The notes under the pieces are model-generated. The model did not search any database and was not told the origin of the DNA. It was given only the letters and a program-made list of their open reading frames with translations. Shown here piece by piece: positions 39,745-51,850 of a DNA stretch of 64,000 bases. How positions within the stretch are numbered: the stretch's first letter is position 1; every line of letters begins with the position of its first letter. The stretch is from Octopus bimaculoides (lineage: Eukaryota), in contig NC_068982.1 of the NCBI RefSeq assembly GCF_001194135.2, positions 35,598,506 through 35,662,505 of the forward strand, written 5' to 3'. The translations under genes and the position numbers were made by a program.

Positions 39745-40064
39745 AGTTCTATATTTAAGAGATGAGGAATTATGTACATTATTTACATTTGACGGATATT
39801 TGTCCTCATCTTGTTTGTTGTTAACACGTTTCATTTGATATACCCTCCGGCTTTTATTAGGTGTCTTGGGGAAATTTCGAACCTGGGTTCTCATTCCTAA
39901 GGTATTTTTCGATGTTATTATTATCATTATTATTCAGGTCACTGCCTGGAATCGAACTCGGAATCTTGGGGTTAGTAGATTCTTAACCACTATGCCATAT
40001 GCCTGTGGGCAATTATGGAATGAATTTTAGGGCTTATAAATCTAATATTTTCCTATCCTTCCTT
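39743..40064 (-). mobile_element. second, longer copy of the same element (left arm); hammerhead decayed
   Basis: Reverse complement aligns with 40065-40335. The core reads CUAAUAA. The 3' end abuts a (TTA)n run. Confidence 0.8.
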
Positions 40065-40335
40065 AATATTAGATTTATAAGCCCTAAAATCCACTCTATA
40101 ATTGCCCACAGGCATATGGCGTAGTGGTTAAGAGTGCGGGCTACTAACCCCAAGTTTCCAAGTTCAATTCCAGGCAGTGACCTGAATAATAATAACATCG
40201 AAAAATACCTTAGGAATGAGAACCCAGGTTCGAAATTTCCCCAAGACACCTGATGAAGGCTGGAGGGTATATCAGCTGAAACGTTGTGTTAACAACAAAC
40301 AAGATAAGGACAAGTATCTGTCAAATGTAAATAAT
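40065..40335 (+). mobile_element. tRNA-headed SINE/retrozyme-like element carrying a hammerhead (right arm of inverted pair)
   Basis: A box TGGCGTAGTGG 40117-40127, B box AGTTCAATTCC 40161-40171, hammerhead 40245-40290. Confidence 0.8.
40245..40290 (+). ncRNA. minimal type I hammerhead ribozyme motif (Penelope type)
   Basis: Stem I GACAC/GUGUU, core CUGAUGA plus an extra A, stem II GGCUG/CAGCU, then GAAAC, palindromic ACGU stem III and a GUU site. Confidence 0.8.
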
Positions 40336-40960
40336 AAAAATAATACTTGAAACCTTTGGTGATTTGTTATTGCCTGCTTTCAAGTAAAGAATAACCAGTA
40401 ATTAAGAACTATCCAAGAGTCTTTCATAATAATAATAATAGTAATGGTTTCTGATTTAGACACAAGGTAATTTGAAAGGAGGAGTGGGTCAATAACATCA
40501 ACCTCAGTAATATTAACAATGGTTTCAAATTTTGGTGTAAGACCAGCAATTTTAGGGGAAGGAGTAAGTCAATATGATCAATCCCAGTGCCCAACTGGTA
40601 AGTGTTTTATCAATCTCGAAAGGATGAAATGCAAAGTCAACCACAGCAGCATTTGAACTCAGAAAGTTAACACAGACAAAATGCCACTAAGAATTTTGCC
40701 CACTGTGTTAATGATTCTAACAGCTAGTCACCTTCGCAATATTAAGCCTTTAGTGTTTAAACCTACCATATCTGGCCAAAATATTCCAGCAGTTTTATGT
40801 TCAAAATTGCAAGATCCAGCCTTCTACACCTATTCTACGTTATTCTAAAAATAAATAATCACATCATCAAAATCTCAAAGTTACAAGATAATGCATGATA
40901 GATCCAAAGCAATAATAATAAATAAGCATCACATTTGACAGGGTTATCTAAATACAAATG

Positions 40961-40998
<38 letters not shown>

Positions 40999-41399
40999 TG
41001 ATAATAATATAGCCATGTGTTGAGGTGAATTCTTTGGGGTTTGAATAATTCACCTCTGGAAACATGGGTGTTTCATTCATCATCCTTAAACGACCCTTAT
41101 TCAGGGACCTTTTGAGTGGGATGGGCTACTCAACTACAAAAAAATTGTAACAGGGCCCCACCCACAAGGTCATGCACTGTTTATCTTGATATGATATCAC
41201 CATACCATGCACATATAGTTGTGATGCATGTACCTGGTGTATTCTTATGGGTAGTCATGATGGGTATATTGGGTTTCATATATTTGTACCCCAGTGTCAC
41301 TTTGATGGTATGTGCTGCTTTCTCACTCAATAATAACAATAATAATAATAAACCACTATCTGGAAAAACAGGCAAATGCACATGAGAGATGTTAGTAAT

Positions 41400-42145
41400 T
41401 TTGTTTTCACACAAAGAAAACTAATCATGTAGAATAAGATAAAAAGTATCAGTGCTGCACAGATAAGCTTCTAAAGGAAATTGCAAAACTAAGACAAGAC
41501 CTATCAACAGCTTAGCAGACAAGGTAAAAGGCAAAGACTTTTTAGTATTTTCTACTATGGCACATGACTTTATTGTTATGAAATTATGAATCAGTTTGCT
41601 TCAATACTAAGATGGCTCATATGTGAATGACCCTTCTGTTGTTGCCAGCTAGTTAATGAGCAGTTTTAAATGCATATTTTTTCAACCAAGAAAACAGAAT
41701 CATATTGTATACCTTGATATATTCTACTAGACAACTCACAGCAACCTGGTTTATAATCCTACCAGAACAGGACATAATAGAATCAATAAGCTATTATGAT
41801 ATTAATCATCTCAATAACCAGAAGGCTTTCTACTCCTAAACTCCTGTAAAGTTAATCTAGCTAGGCCCCTGCAAATAGCCTATCAGAGTTACCTGAAAGA
41901 AGCTATGACTCAGATTCATAAAGATAGCAGTAGAACACAGACAAACTATTACAGACCTATATCATTTATGCTCCACCCTTGAAAAGTGCTGGAGAGAATC
42001 ATATGCGGAGATCAATAAACTATTTAGACCAGCACAAACTGTTTAACACTTTGCATAATGGCTTGTACCCCATGAAGAAAAGTCAGCTATGGTTTCTACA
42101 ACACTTTCAAACTCTAAAGAATCAGCTGTTAGAATCAAAGGTTGC
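41400..42145 (+). mobile_element. CR1/L2-type LINE RT fragment
   Basis: NYRPISF...KVLERII...INYLDQHKLFNTLHNG...SQLWFLQHF, with frameshifts. Confidence 0.75.
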
Positions 42146-42334
42146 CTGTGTTCAAAACTTTTAATATGTCTATACACACAATTATATATATGAATAAGCT
42201 TGCACGTGTGTGTGTGAATAAATATATGCACATACACATATACATATATGGGCAGAAATATGTATATATGTATGTGTGCATATATATATATGTATATATA
42301 TGCACATATATACATATATATATATATATATATA

Positions 42335-42678
42335 NNNNNNNNNNNNNNNNNNNNNNNNNNNNNNNNNNNNNNNNNNNNNNNNNNNNNNNNNNNNNNNNNN
42401 NNNNNNNNNNNNNNNNNNNNNNNNNNNNNNNNNNNNNNNNNNNNNNNNNNNNNNNNNNNNNNNNNNNNNNNNNNNNNNNNNNNNNNNNNNNNNNNNNNNN
42501 NNNNNNNNNNNNNNNNNNNNNNNNNNNNNNNNNNNNNNNNNNNNNNNNNNNNNNNNNNNNNNNNNNNNNNNNNNNNNNNNNNNNNNNNNNNNNNNNNNNN
42601 NNNNNNNNNNNNNNNNNNNNNNNNNNNNNNNNNNNNNNNNNNNNNNNNNNNNNNNNNNNNNNNNNNNNNNNNNNNNNN
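42335..42678. other. assembly gap; other gaps at 261-270, 944-1076, 27136-27145, 33257-33382, 44398-44669, 60307-60316
   Basis: N runs, mostly flanked by (TA)n. Confidence 1.
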
Positions 42679-43617
42679 TATATATATATATATATATATA
42701 TTGAAATAGATAGCATGCTTGAATAGTCAGTAATAGATGCATGATTAGATTTATATCTAGAAAGACTATTTGTTTTCTCTTGACATATAAATATTTACAA
42801 ATGTATAACAGTACACACACACACGATAACATCTTAATGAAAGTAAATGTACAATATGGTGAAATAACAAAAGGACCATATTTTTTTTTTGTTTAATTAA
42901 TGGGTGTTTTTTTCCCCCTTTGTTCCTGATAGTTTATCTTTCACATTTTCATTACCTCCAGCTCTTGGCTCCCTTTAATGGAGTTCACTTTGTTGCAAGT
43001 ATTTCTACCTGGTTTTCTGGCTGAGGCTAATCCATTCATTCATATCATTAGCATCAGGTTTTTTTCCATGCTAGCATTGCTTACATGAGAAGAAACTGAG
43101 GCAGGATCTTTTTTACGGCTGAATGCACTTCCTGTTGCTGACCTTTACCTGTTTTTGAAGTAAAGGTTTATTTTTGTCTTGTTTTGTTCTTTTTAATCCA
43201 GAGGAATTAGAAAGTGCAGAGCCAGTGGATAATTTGTTGACTAGATATGTCACCAAAAACATCACCAATTGTAGTCCAACTACAAATGGTGACATTAACC
43301 TTACTTTTACTTTATTGGTCTTGACTATCCTGTTAAAAGATCATGGCTGTTGCCCTTTCTTTCTCTCAATGACCCCCAAAACAACAGTGAAACAACAGTT
43401 AAAATTTAATTTTCTAAATTCAGAGGAATTTTTTCAAAGGAATTTTATGCTATTTCCTTCTTTGTTTTGATGCTTCTTCCTAACATTTTTTTTTTGTATT
43501 TCTATATTTCAGATCAGTAACAATAATTAGTGGTAGACATTGATAAAATTCCTATAGTTTAATTTTTTTTTTCATTTTTTTTTTATTCCTGTTTTTCATT
43601 TATGATTTTCATTGTAG

Positions 43618-43844
43618 ACATTGATGAATGTGTGTCTGTTGGTGGGAAACATGGACACCACTGCAACGGAAATACAGTCTGTGTAAACACCATTGGATCA
43701 TACCGGTGCCAATGTGCGAACAAGATGGGTGACTATGGTGAGGATGACAGCAGTGGCTCCTGTGAAGGTAGCAGCCTCTCGTCAAAATTGTCAAAATCTG
43801 TGATCTTGCTAAGTCTGTGCCTTAAGTTATGGCTAATGCTGTAA
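43618..43844 (+). CDS. NELL: NELL-like exon 8 (calcium-binding EGF2, then read-through hydrophobic C-terminal tail to TAA)
   Basis: ttcattgtag|AC ATT GAT GAA TGT. (D)IDECVSVGGKHGHHCNGNTVCVNTIGSYRCQCANKMGDYGEDDSSGSCE then GSSLSSKLSKSVILLSLCLKLWLML*. The EGF part is certain. The 3' end is less so, because a weak phase-1 donor G|gtagca exists at 43767. Confidence 0.85.
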
Positions 43845-44082
43845 ATATTGCTATCTCAATCTAATTTATACTAATGTCTTTATTTAAGTGTACATTATTA
43901 AAAAAATACAAAACAAACAAACACAAATCAAAAAATACAAACTGTAGCATATTTATTTTCAACATAAAAATTAACTCACTTATTACAAAGAAAAAAAAAT
44001 CAAATACACAAAAAAAAAAGTAAGCAAACAAAGAACTTTTTCAGTTTTCTACCTCTGGAAATTCAACTGTAGTCTTACAGAG

Positions 44083-44088
44083 AATAAA
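44083..44088 (+). promoter_or_regulatory. candidate polyadenylation signal AATAAA
   Basis: AATAAA about 240 nt after the 43844 stop. The hexamer is common in AT-rich DNA, so support is weak. Confidence 0.25.
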
Positions 44089-44345
44089 CCCCATTTCTTA
44101 TTTGTCTGAGTTTGTGTCATTACAAGTTTAAAAAAAAACTACTTCACCCATTCAACCTCAAATATATTTATTGTTTTTTTTTTTCCTTTCCCTTTTCATT
44201 CTTTTATTTAAATCTCTCAGAATGAATTAAATGTTCCAAATTTAAGGTAATTTAATATTATAATTATTATTATTATAATTATCATCATCATCACCTTTAT
44301 TATTCTTATTCTACTTATCATTACTACTACTTTTATTATTACTTC

Positions 44346-44397
<52 letters not shown>

Positions 44398-45951
44398 NNN
44401 NNNNNNNNNNNNNNNNNNNNNNNNNNNNNNNNNNNNNNNNNNNNNNNNNNNNNNNNNNNNNNNNNNNNNNNNNNNNNNNNNNNNNNNNNNNNNNNNNNNN
44501 NNNNNNNNNNNNNNNNNNNNNNNNNNNNNNNNNNNNNNNNNNNNNNNNNNNNNNNNNNNNNNNNNNNNNNNNNNNNNNNNNNNNNNNNNNNNNNNNNNNN
44601 NNNNNNNNNNNNNNNNNNNNNNNNNNNNNNNNNNNNNNNNNNNNNNNNNNNNNNNNNNNNNNNNNNNNNATATATATTCTTTAAATGACTTTAGTTTTGT
44701 TTGATTATCCAGCATTTTTCTATATTAAATCAGGTGCGGTCTTGGATATCCTCAACTCTTTCGTTTCTTTATCAAGAATAACAGTTTTTGTTCTCTCTTA
44801 TTTTTGGTTTTTTTATTTATTTATTTTTTTAATTTTTTGCTTGTGGGTAACAAGGACAGGACAGACAGAAATTGCTTTGCTGATTTCTTGTGGCAAATGC
44901 TGTTAAATCTCTTTCTTTGTGCATATTTAGCTTTAGTAACAACATGTAGTTTAACATTATTCTAACCATCTTTCTAAGAATTATGTATGTAAGAGTATAT
45001 ATAGATTGCTGAAATAATTTACGTTCCTTTCATAGATGTTACTTCAGTAATTCATACAAGTTGATAACCATTTCATAATTACATTAAGCTTTGATATCAG
45101 TTTTGATGTAGAGTCTTCTGTTAGCAGTTTCCATAGCATAAAGCTTTGTTTTTATTTAATTATTTAATACATACTTTAGCATGATAAGCTGAAAGCATTC
45201 ATTGATTTGATTTATTTATCCTAGCAGTTGATCGTTCAATATTCATTCTTGCGTTTCCCAAGAATATTGAAAGAATAATTAAAGAGAAATAGGAATTTAC
45301 TCACTGCAAGGATACACATATGCATAAATAAATAAAATCATTCATATAACTGTTTTATATGTGTTTTTAAAGCTAGAGCAATGCAAGTTATAAAAAATTA
45401 ATAATACAGGTCGATGGTTAGTTCTATAACTTAGTATTTCAATATTAAAAAGTTAGGGCGCCAACTTCAGGAAATTTATGAAGGAAAGGTGTTGATAGCT
45501 GATACAGAGCAGAGACATAAATTTCCTGAATAAGGGGTTCCAACCATAAAATATTGAAGTACAAGGAAATAGTACTAATGATTGATCTATATTATTAATT
45601 TTTTATAACTTGCTTTGCTTTGGCTTAAAAAGAATTATAACAATGCTTCATGAAAGCTATATTAAATACATTCATGCATATACACTTAAATACATTATAC
45701 CTTACATATATGCATGCATGCATATACACACAGAAACACATACACATATGCATGCATATACACACAGAAACACATGCATATATAAAGATACCTTTATAAA
45801 TAAATATGAACCAGTTTAAATTTATGGAACTTTTTCATAAAATTTTCAGAAATTTTGATAAATTTGGTATGCTTCTTTCATATTTCTTGTGATGATGTGT
45901 ATTATAGATAGTATAGTATCTCTTCAATTAATCCTTAAAAGTATCTGTATA

Positions 45952-46023
<72 letters not shown>

Positions 46024-46024
46024 T

Positions 46025-46505
46025 TTTTGTAATCTCAGACAATTAAATGCTAAACAGTCCAAACATTTCGGTTAGGGATCAGTGAATAAGTTGACAAAGG
46101 TCCCTTACTGCTTCCTCTCATGTGCCTTACATAGACAAGATTTACCTTAAAATCCTAGCTGTACCAAGAAGTGCTGTCTTCTGCATGACCTGTAACTTTA
46201 CATCAATTCCAATTCTCTTTACACAGTCCTCAAAACTGTCTGATATGCATCCCAGTGCTCCAATCACCACTGGAATCACTGAAACCTTCATCCCCACAAC
46301 TTTCCAGTCTCCTCCTTCAGTGGCTCATACTTCTCTGTCTTCTCATGATCTTTCACTCTGTTGTCTCCTGGGTAGTGATATCGATCATCTGTGTCTTTTT
46401 TCTTTCTTGTTGACAACTGCAGTGTCTGGCATTCTTGCCTCAATCATTCTATTACATTGAATGGTGAAGTCCCACAAAAGCTTAAATTTGTCATTCTCTA
46501 ACACC
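46025..46505 (-). mobile_element. R4/Dong-clade 3' fragment (restriction-like endonuclease)
   Basis: GVLENDKFKLLWDFTIQCNRMIEARMPDTAVV...VIPVVIGALGCI...MQKTALLGTARILR. Confidence 0.85.
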
Positions 46506-46846
46506 CCTTGTGTTTTCTTCTTTTTCTTGTTGCAGTTGTTGTTGTTATTATTAGTATTATTATCATTATTATTAATCGCACCACTTCAAAATAAACTGAA
46601 TGATAAATAGAATAAACTTTCAGTTAATTTCCTGATAATTGTGATTCTTTGGTTAATTGTATTTGTTTAAATTTGCTGTCAGTTGTAATAGTTGTATTAC
46701 AGTCCACTATAGTTGTATTCTGTTCTTTCATAGATTAAATACATACTTATTCACTGTATTAGTCTAAATCAGTAACATCATTAATTATCTTAAAGTGTAA
46801 ACATATATTTTAGCTGGTCATTATATCTTAACCATGTAATCAGTGA

Positions 46847-46916
<70 letters not shown>

Positions 46917-47918
46917 CATCATCATCATTGCCATTATTATACTTATTTATTTATTGTATCAGTGATGTTCTTTTCTTAGTAGAGAGTATTTTTGTTTTTT
47001 AAATCATAGCTCTGTTGGTTTTATTTGAGTGTATAGGTTTAAATATATACTTGATTAGTTGTATTAGTGTTATATACACAGACTGGTACTGGTTTAATAT
47101 ACTCTACTTCTTTTTTTTTTACATCTATTTGGATATACATATGAATGTGTATGCCTATGTGCATGTGTGAGTGATCATAAACTTACTTGCGATGTATCTA
47201 CTTCAGTTATCAATGCACATATAAAAGATGAAATACATACTACATAGGCACAGGTATGGCTGTGTGGTAAGAAGCTTACTTCCCAACCACATGGTTCTGG
47301 GTTCATTCACATTGTGTGGTACCTTGGGCAAGTGTCTTCTATTATAGCTTCCAGCTGACAAAAGCCTTGTGAGTGGATTTGGTAGATGGAAACTGAAAGA
47401 AACTGATCTTATATATATATATATATATATATTTGTGTCTGTGTTTGTCCCCTACCAATACTGCTTGACAACCAGTGTTGGTGTGTTTGCAATTCAGCAA
47501 AAGAGACCGATAGAATACACACAAGGCTTAAAAAATAAGTACTGGGGTTGATTCATTTGACTAAAAATTCAAGGCGGTGTGCTAGTATAGCCACAGTCTA
47601 ATGACTGGAACAAGTAAAAGAAAAGAGAATATAATTTATTTCATATTTATATCTTATTTTTTGGTGGCACTATACAATTATGTGGAACTGTATTCCATTA
47701 TAATTTCCCATTTAGATCTTTGCTGTCATAATGCTTTCGTATTTTGATTTCATTATTACCCAGGATTCTCTGTTATTATTAATCTATGAAGCATAGATTA
47801 CATCATAAGAAAATAATGCAAGATTTATATCAGGAATTCATATAAAACCAGAAGCAAAATAATTGTGTAAATTTCTGGACTACCAGCTTATGGTTCATGA
47901 ATTCATACCTGCTCTAGA

Positions 47919-50355
47919 CAGGGTTTCTCAATTCCCCAGAATTCTTTATTCTCAGGAAATCAGAAGTATAAAAGAAATAATTTCAAGTTCCTGGGAATAG
48001 AAACTAAATTTTATTTTTCGTTTCCCAACTCTCTTATTCCATGATTTAGAGTTTTGGACATTAGAAAGCAAGAATCAGGAACATGAGAAAAATTATTTCA
48101 TCAAAATCAATAACTGTATTTATATAGAAAACAACAAATTATAGAAAATTTGAAAATTTTTCCTGAATTCTAAAAATTATTTCTGTCAGATTGATACTAT
48201 TATCACAAGAAGTATATGTTGTCAGTGTTGACACTCAAATTTGATCATAATTTTGTAACAAAGAGCCTTCTTCAAAAAAAAAAAAGAAGGATTATCTTTG
48301 CTTCAATGGAAGTTGGAGCAATAGGAATAACAGCAAGACACAGTTTCTGCAAATTAATGGTCCTATGTCCAGTAATTTCAAACATTCCAATTTCTTTGAC
48401 AATGTTTTTTTTTTCCTTTTGTATCAAGATTATTGAGTCCTCTCTTGATTGTCTTCAACAGTTTTTGTTAATTGGTTAATCCACATTACTCCATTAAGGA
48501 CATAGGGCTGGTTTCCTAGTTTCTCTGGCATATATATTCCTCCTTGGATGAGATGCCAATCTTGCAGGATTACTTATTTTTACCAGCTGGGTATACTAAA
48601 GCAACATGAAGTGTTTTGCTCAAGAACACAATGCATGACCCAGTCCAGGAATAGAAACCAAAATCTTACAATCATGAGTTCTACACCCTAACACTAAGCT
48701 ATGTGCCACCACTGTTTTTGTTTTGTTTTTCTGTTAATGGCAACATTTAATCTCTCTAGTAGGAACATTTCTTTTGATGGAAAATGTGCCTCAGTTATCA
48801 AGAGCTCAGATTTCAAATGGGAAATAAAGGATTCTTCAGACAAAGTGAGGGTCGTTTCTTTCAACAACAATATTTTGCAGTGAAGTAAGTTTCTGTTGGC
48901 AAAATTAGAAACTAATCAAGTGCATCCAAAATTAAAAGAGGATTATTTGAATACTTCATTAATCTTATCACATTATTTTATTCCTTCAATGTTTGATTAT
49001 TTTCTTAACACATTCTCTCAGCAAGGAACTCGTTGGAGTATTTTTTCATTTCAGTTCTAGAATTGTAATGAATAGGCCTTCTGCAGAAACTAAGATTAAA
49101 TTCCATCGATCTAGTTTTTCAATGTTAATGTTAATTGATTCCAATAACACCTCAACTGCATGTACAGCATTAAATTTGTCTGAAAAGTCAAGTTATTGTG
49201 CTACACCAATCATAACTTTCGCAATACACCCTTTAAGGAAGAATCATTCTACTGTTGTAATAGTCTCACTGATTAATTGCTATTTATCATCATGTTTCTC
49301 TTCAACATACTTGTCTGTAGGTTTTTATCTTTTGTTGAAGGCCTACAAAATGAACTGACATAATAACATTGCCAATTCTTAAATTTTCTTTATCAGAAAG
49401 AGTTTTCTGCTTTTAGACCTATTTCATTAAGTTGATTTAGTTGTAGATCAATATAATTGTTAAGTGTATTCATAATTGTAAAATCTGATTTGATCATGTC
49501 CTCAAATGTACTTTCAAACTCATCACCATCATCAATGCAAGGATTATTAGCTAAAGTAGTTTCATCACTATACAATTCAGTTTTCTTCTAAAGAACATCA
49601 CAAACAATATAATTTTCATGAACATAACACAATTAATGGTCCCAATTAATATCCTCATCAAATTTAGCCAGGACATTTACTCCATCAGATATGTCTGCAA
49701 CTATATACTTTTTCTCTAAATTAAGGTTGAATTTAGAAATATTTGTTTCTAAAAGATCAGTAATTTTTTAGTATCCATAAATTCTGATAATTCCTAAGTC
49801 ACATAATTTAAATATTTGCAATTATGCAAGAATGTATATGTTCATCTGAAGAAATAGTCAGTTTCTCTTTCTTTTAGTTATTTCACTTATCACAATTTTT
49901 TAAAACTCTATGGACACTAAATCATCTGCATTAAATAAGAACCATTCTTAGATAAAACCAAAATATTATCTGCAATATCTTTCCTAATAAGTACATGTTA
50001 AACTCTCGCTTTTATAGAAAATCTATCAATAGCAATTAACATAGATTCTATTTCTTCTATAGTTTTGGTATTTATCCATAATGAAGATTATTTTCTGTTG
50101 GCCAATTCTTTTCAAAAAGATCTATCTATTTCAATTGTACTAGTTTCTGAAAAGATGTCTGTTAACAATCTTTAAATGGCATAAAAGATTACTTGTTGAA
50201 TCGTTCAAGTTCTTAAAGACAGTCTTGCAATCTATAACTAACTTTTAATTAACACAGCTGAGAATTCCTGAGAAACAGAATGCAGTCCTGAGAATTCCTG
50301 ATTACATGTTTAGCCAAATTTCCTGGGAATTTTGGATTCTGGGTGAGAAGCTCTA
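47919..50355 (-). mobile_element. decayed hAT-superfamily DNA transposon, with a nested SINE at about 48480-48700
   Basis: Minus strand GMFEITGHRTINLQKL...IAPTSIEA...GLFVTKL*SNLS resembles the hAT dimerisation domain. Imperfect TIRs cagggtttctca..cccagaat / tagagcttctcacccagaat. Subterminal ctgagaattcctga occurs twice. No TSD recognised. Confidence 0.75.
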
Positions 50356-51489
50356 ATTGCAGGTGTCTATCTCATTGGCATTGTGACGCAAACAGAATGT
50401 AATTCTTGATGCTCCTTAAACAGGGATGAGCAGCAGATTCTTGGAGATATTACTTGTAGCAGACTCATATGTATTGAGAAGGGGGCGGTATTTATTTACT
50501 TAGCATTGTTGAATCAAGAGTTAAGTTTTGAGTTTCAATTCTTTTACTTGTTTCAGTCATTATACCACAATCATACTAGGATACTATCTTAATGGGTTTG
50601 GTTAAGCAAATTTTCCCTCAGTACATATTATTAAACCTGGTACTTATGCTATCGGTCTCTTTTTGCTAAGCTGCAGAGAACATAAATGAGTGTTGGTTGT
50701 CAAGCAGTGAGACACAAAAGTTTCTAATGAGCTTACAGGCTCTTTGGGCTGAAGCTTATTCCAGCTACCATAGCATACTAGTGACTGAGGTTGTAAGCTT
50801 CCCCATCTCAAACAAGATTCCAGTCACAGGGTACTAGCAAAAGCTAATACCATCACAGGGTACTAGCTTTTGCTAGTACTTATTTTAAGCTGAGTAGACT
50901 GGAGTAAGACAAAATTAAGTATTTTGCTCAGGGACATTATGTATCACTTGATCCAGGAATTGAAACCATGACCTTATGATCATGAATGCAATACTCTAAC
51001 CATTAGGCCACATGCTTTTACTGCCTTTATGTAGTCCTTTTCATAACAGCATAGTTTATACATCAGTGATTCTCATGATAGAAAATTAAAGAATGCTCCT
51101 TTGTCTGTGCATGATTCAAAGTAATTTCATTGCATATATTTAGGAAAGACAAAATCCTCAATGTGCTATGTCTTATAAATCCTTTGAAGCTTCATGTTTG
51201 TGAGTTCAGCTTTGGCCAATAGATTGGCAAGAAAGGGCTGGGCATTAACCAAGGTGACTTTTCCTATGACAACTAATATTAATTATTGACTAATATTATT
51301 TTATTCTCTCCATATATTTATTTATAATTAGCTATTTAGTGTTACTTGCTTTATATATGTCACACTATAGTAGCCTAAGTGATCAATAATACTGTTTGAA
51401 AAATTGTTATACTATCTTCTCTCTTTCTATCTCTCTCTCCCCTCTCCTTTCTGCTTGGCTTTGCAAACAAAGATTTACAGAGCGGGGGT

Positions 51490-51850
51490 GTCCACATTTG
51501 TTGCAGGCTTGTTGATGGTCATCAAGTCCAATTTAGGACAGGCAAGCATCACTGCAAAGACTGCATAGGAAGATGAACTGGTCAGGGTTTGTCACTGTCC
51601 TGGTTTTTCCTCTTTTTTTCTCTTGCCTGCAAGGTTGGTCCTGTGAATGTCTTCAAAGGAGGCTATTGCCCAGAGGACAGTCAGATGACAGGCTTTGCAG
51701 TCAGCAGCAAGAACAGACCACTTGGTGTTGGTCAATGTAACAAGTACTGAGGAACTTCTTTCAAGAGTCCTTGTCCTTCTTCTTTGGTACTCCTCTATCA
51801 CAATCACCAGAGGATAATTTGCCATACAGTGTTTTCGTACATACTACCAT
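51490..51850 (-). mobile_element. RTE LINE 3' end fragment
   Basis: Frameshifted LYG.L..GDCDRGVPKKKDKDSWKKF...NTKWSVLAADCKAC...AIASFEDIHRTNLAGKRKK, as in the RTE-BovB C-terminus. Confidence 0.7.

Noticed and set aside
40110-40180. Possible true tRNA genes (also 8520-8598 and other SINE heads)
   Set aside because: A and B boxes are present but no complete cloverleaf, and each is fused to a repeat body.
42135-42832. Long ORFs in the track (also 752-1247, 33017-33499, 37088-37619, 39525-39927, 44311-44715, 61163-61546)
   Set aside because: They are open only because of N gaps and di- or trinucleotide repeats; no protein signal.
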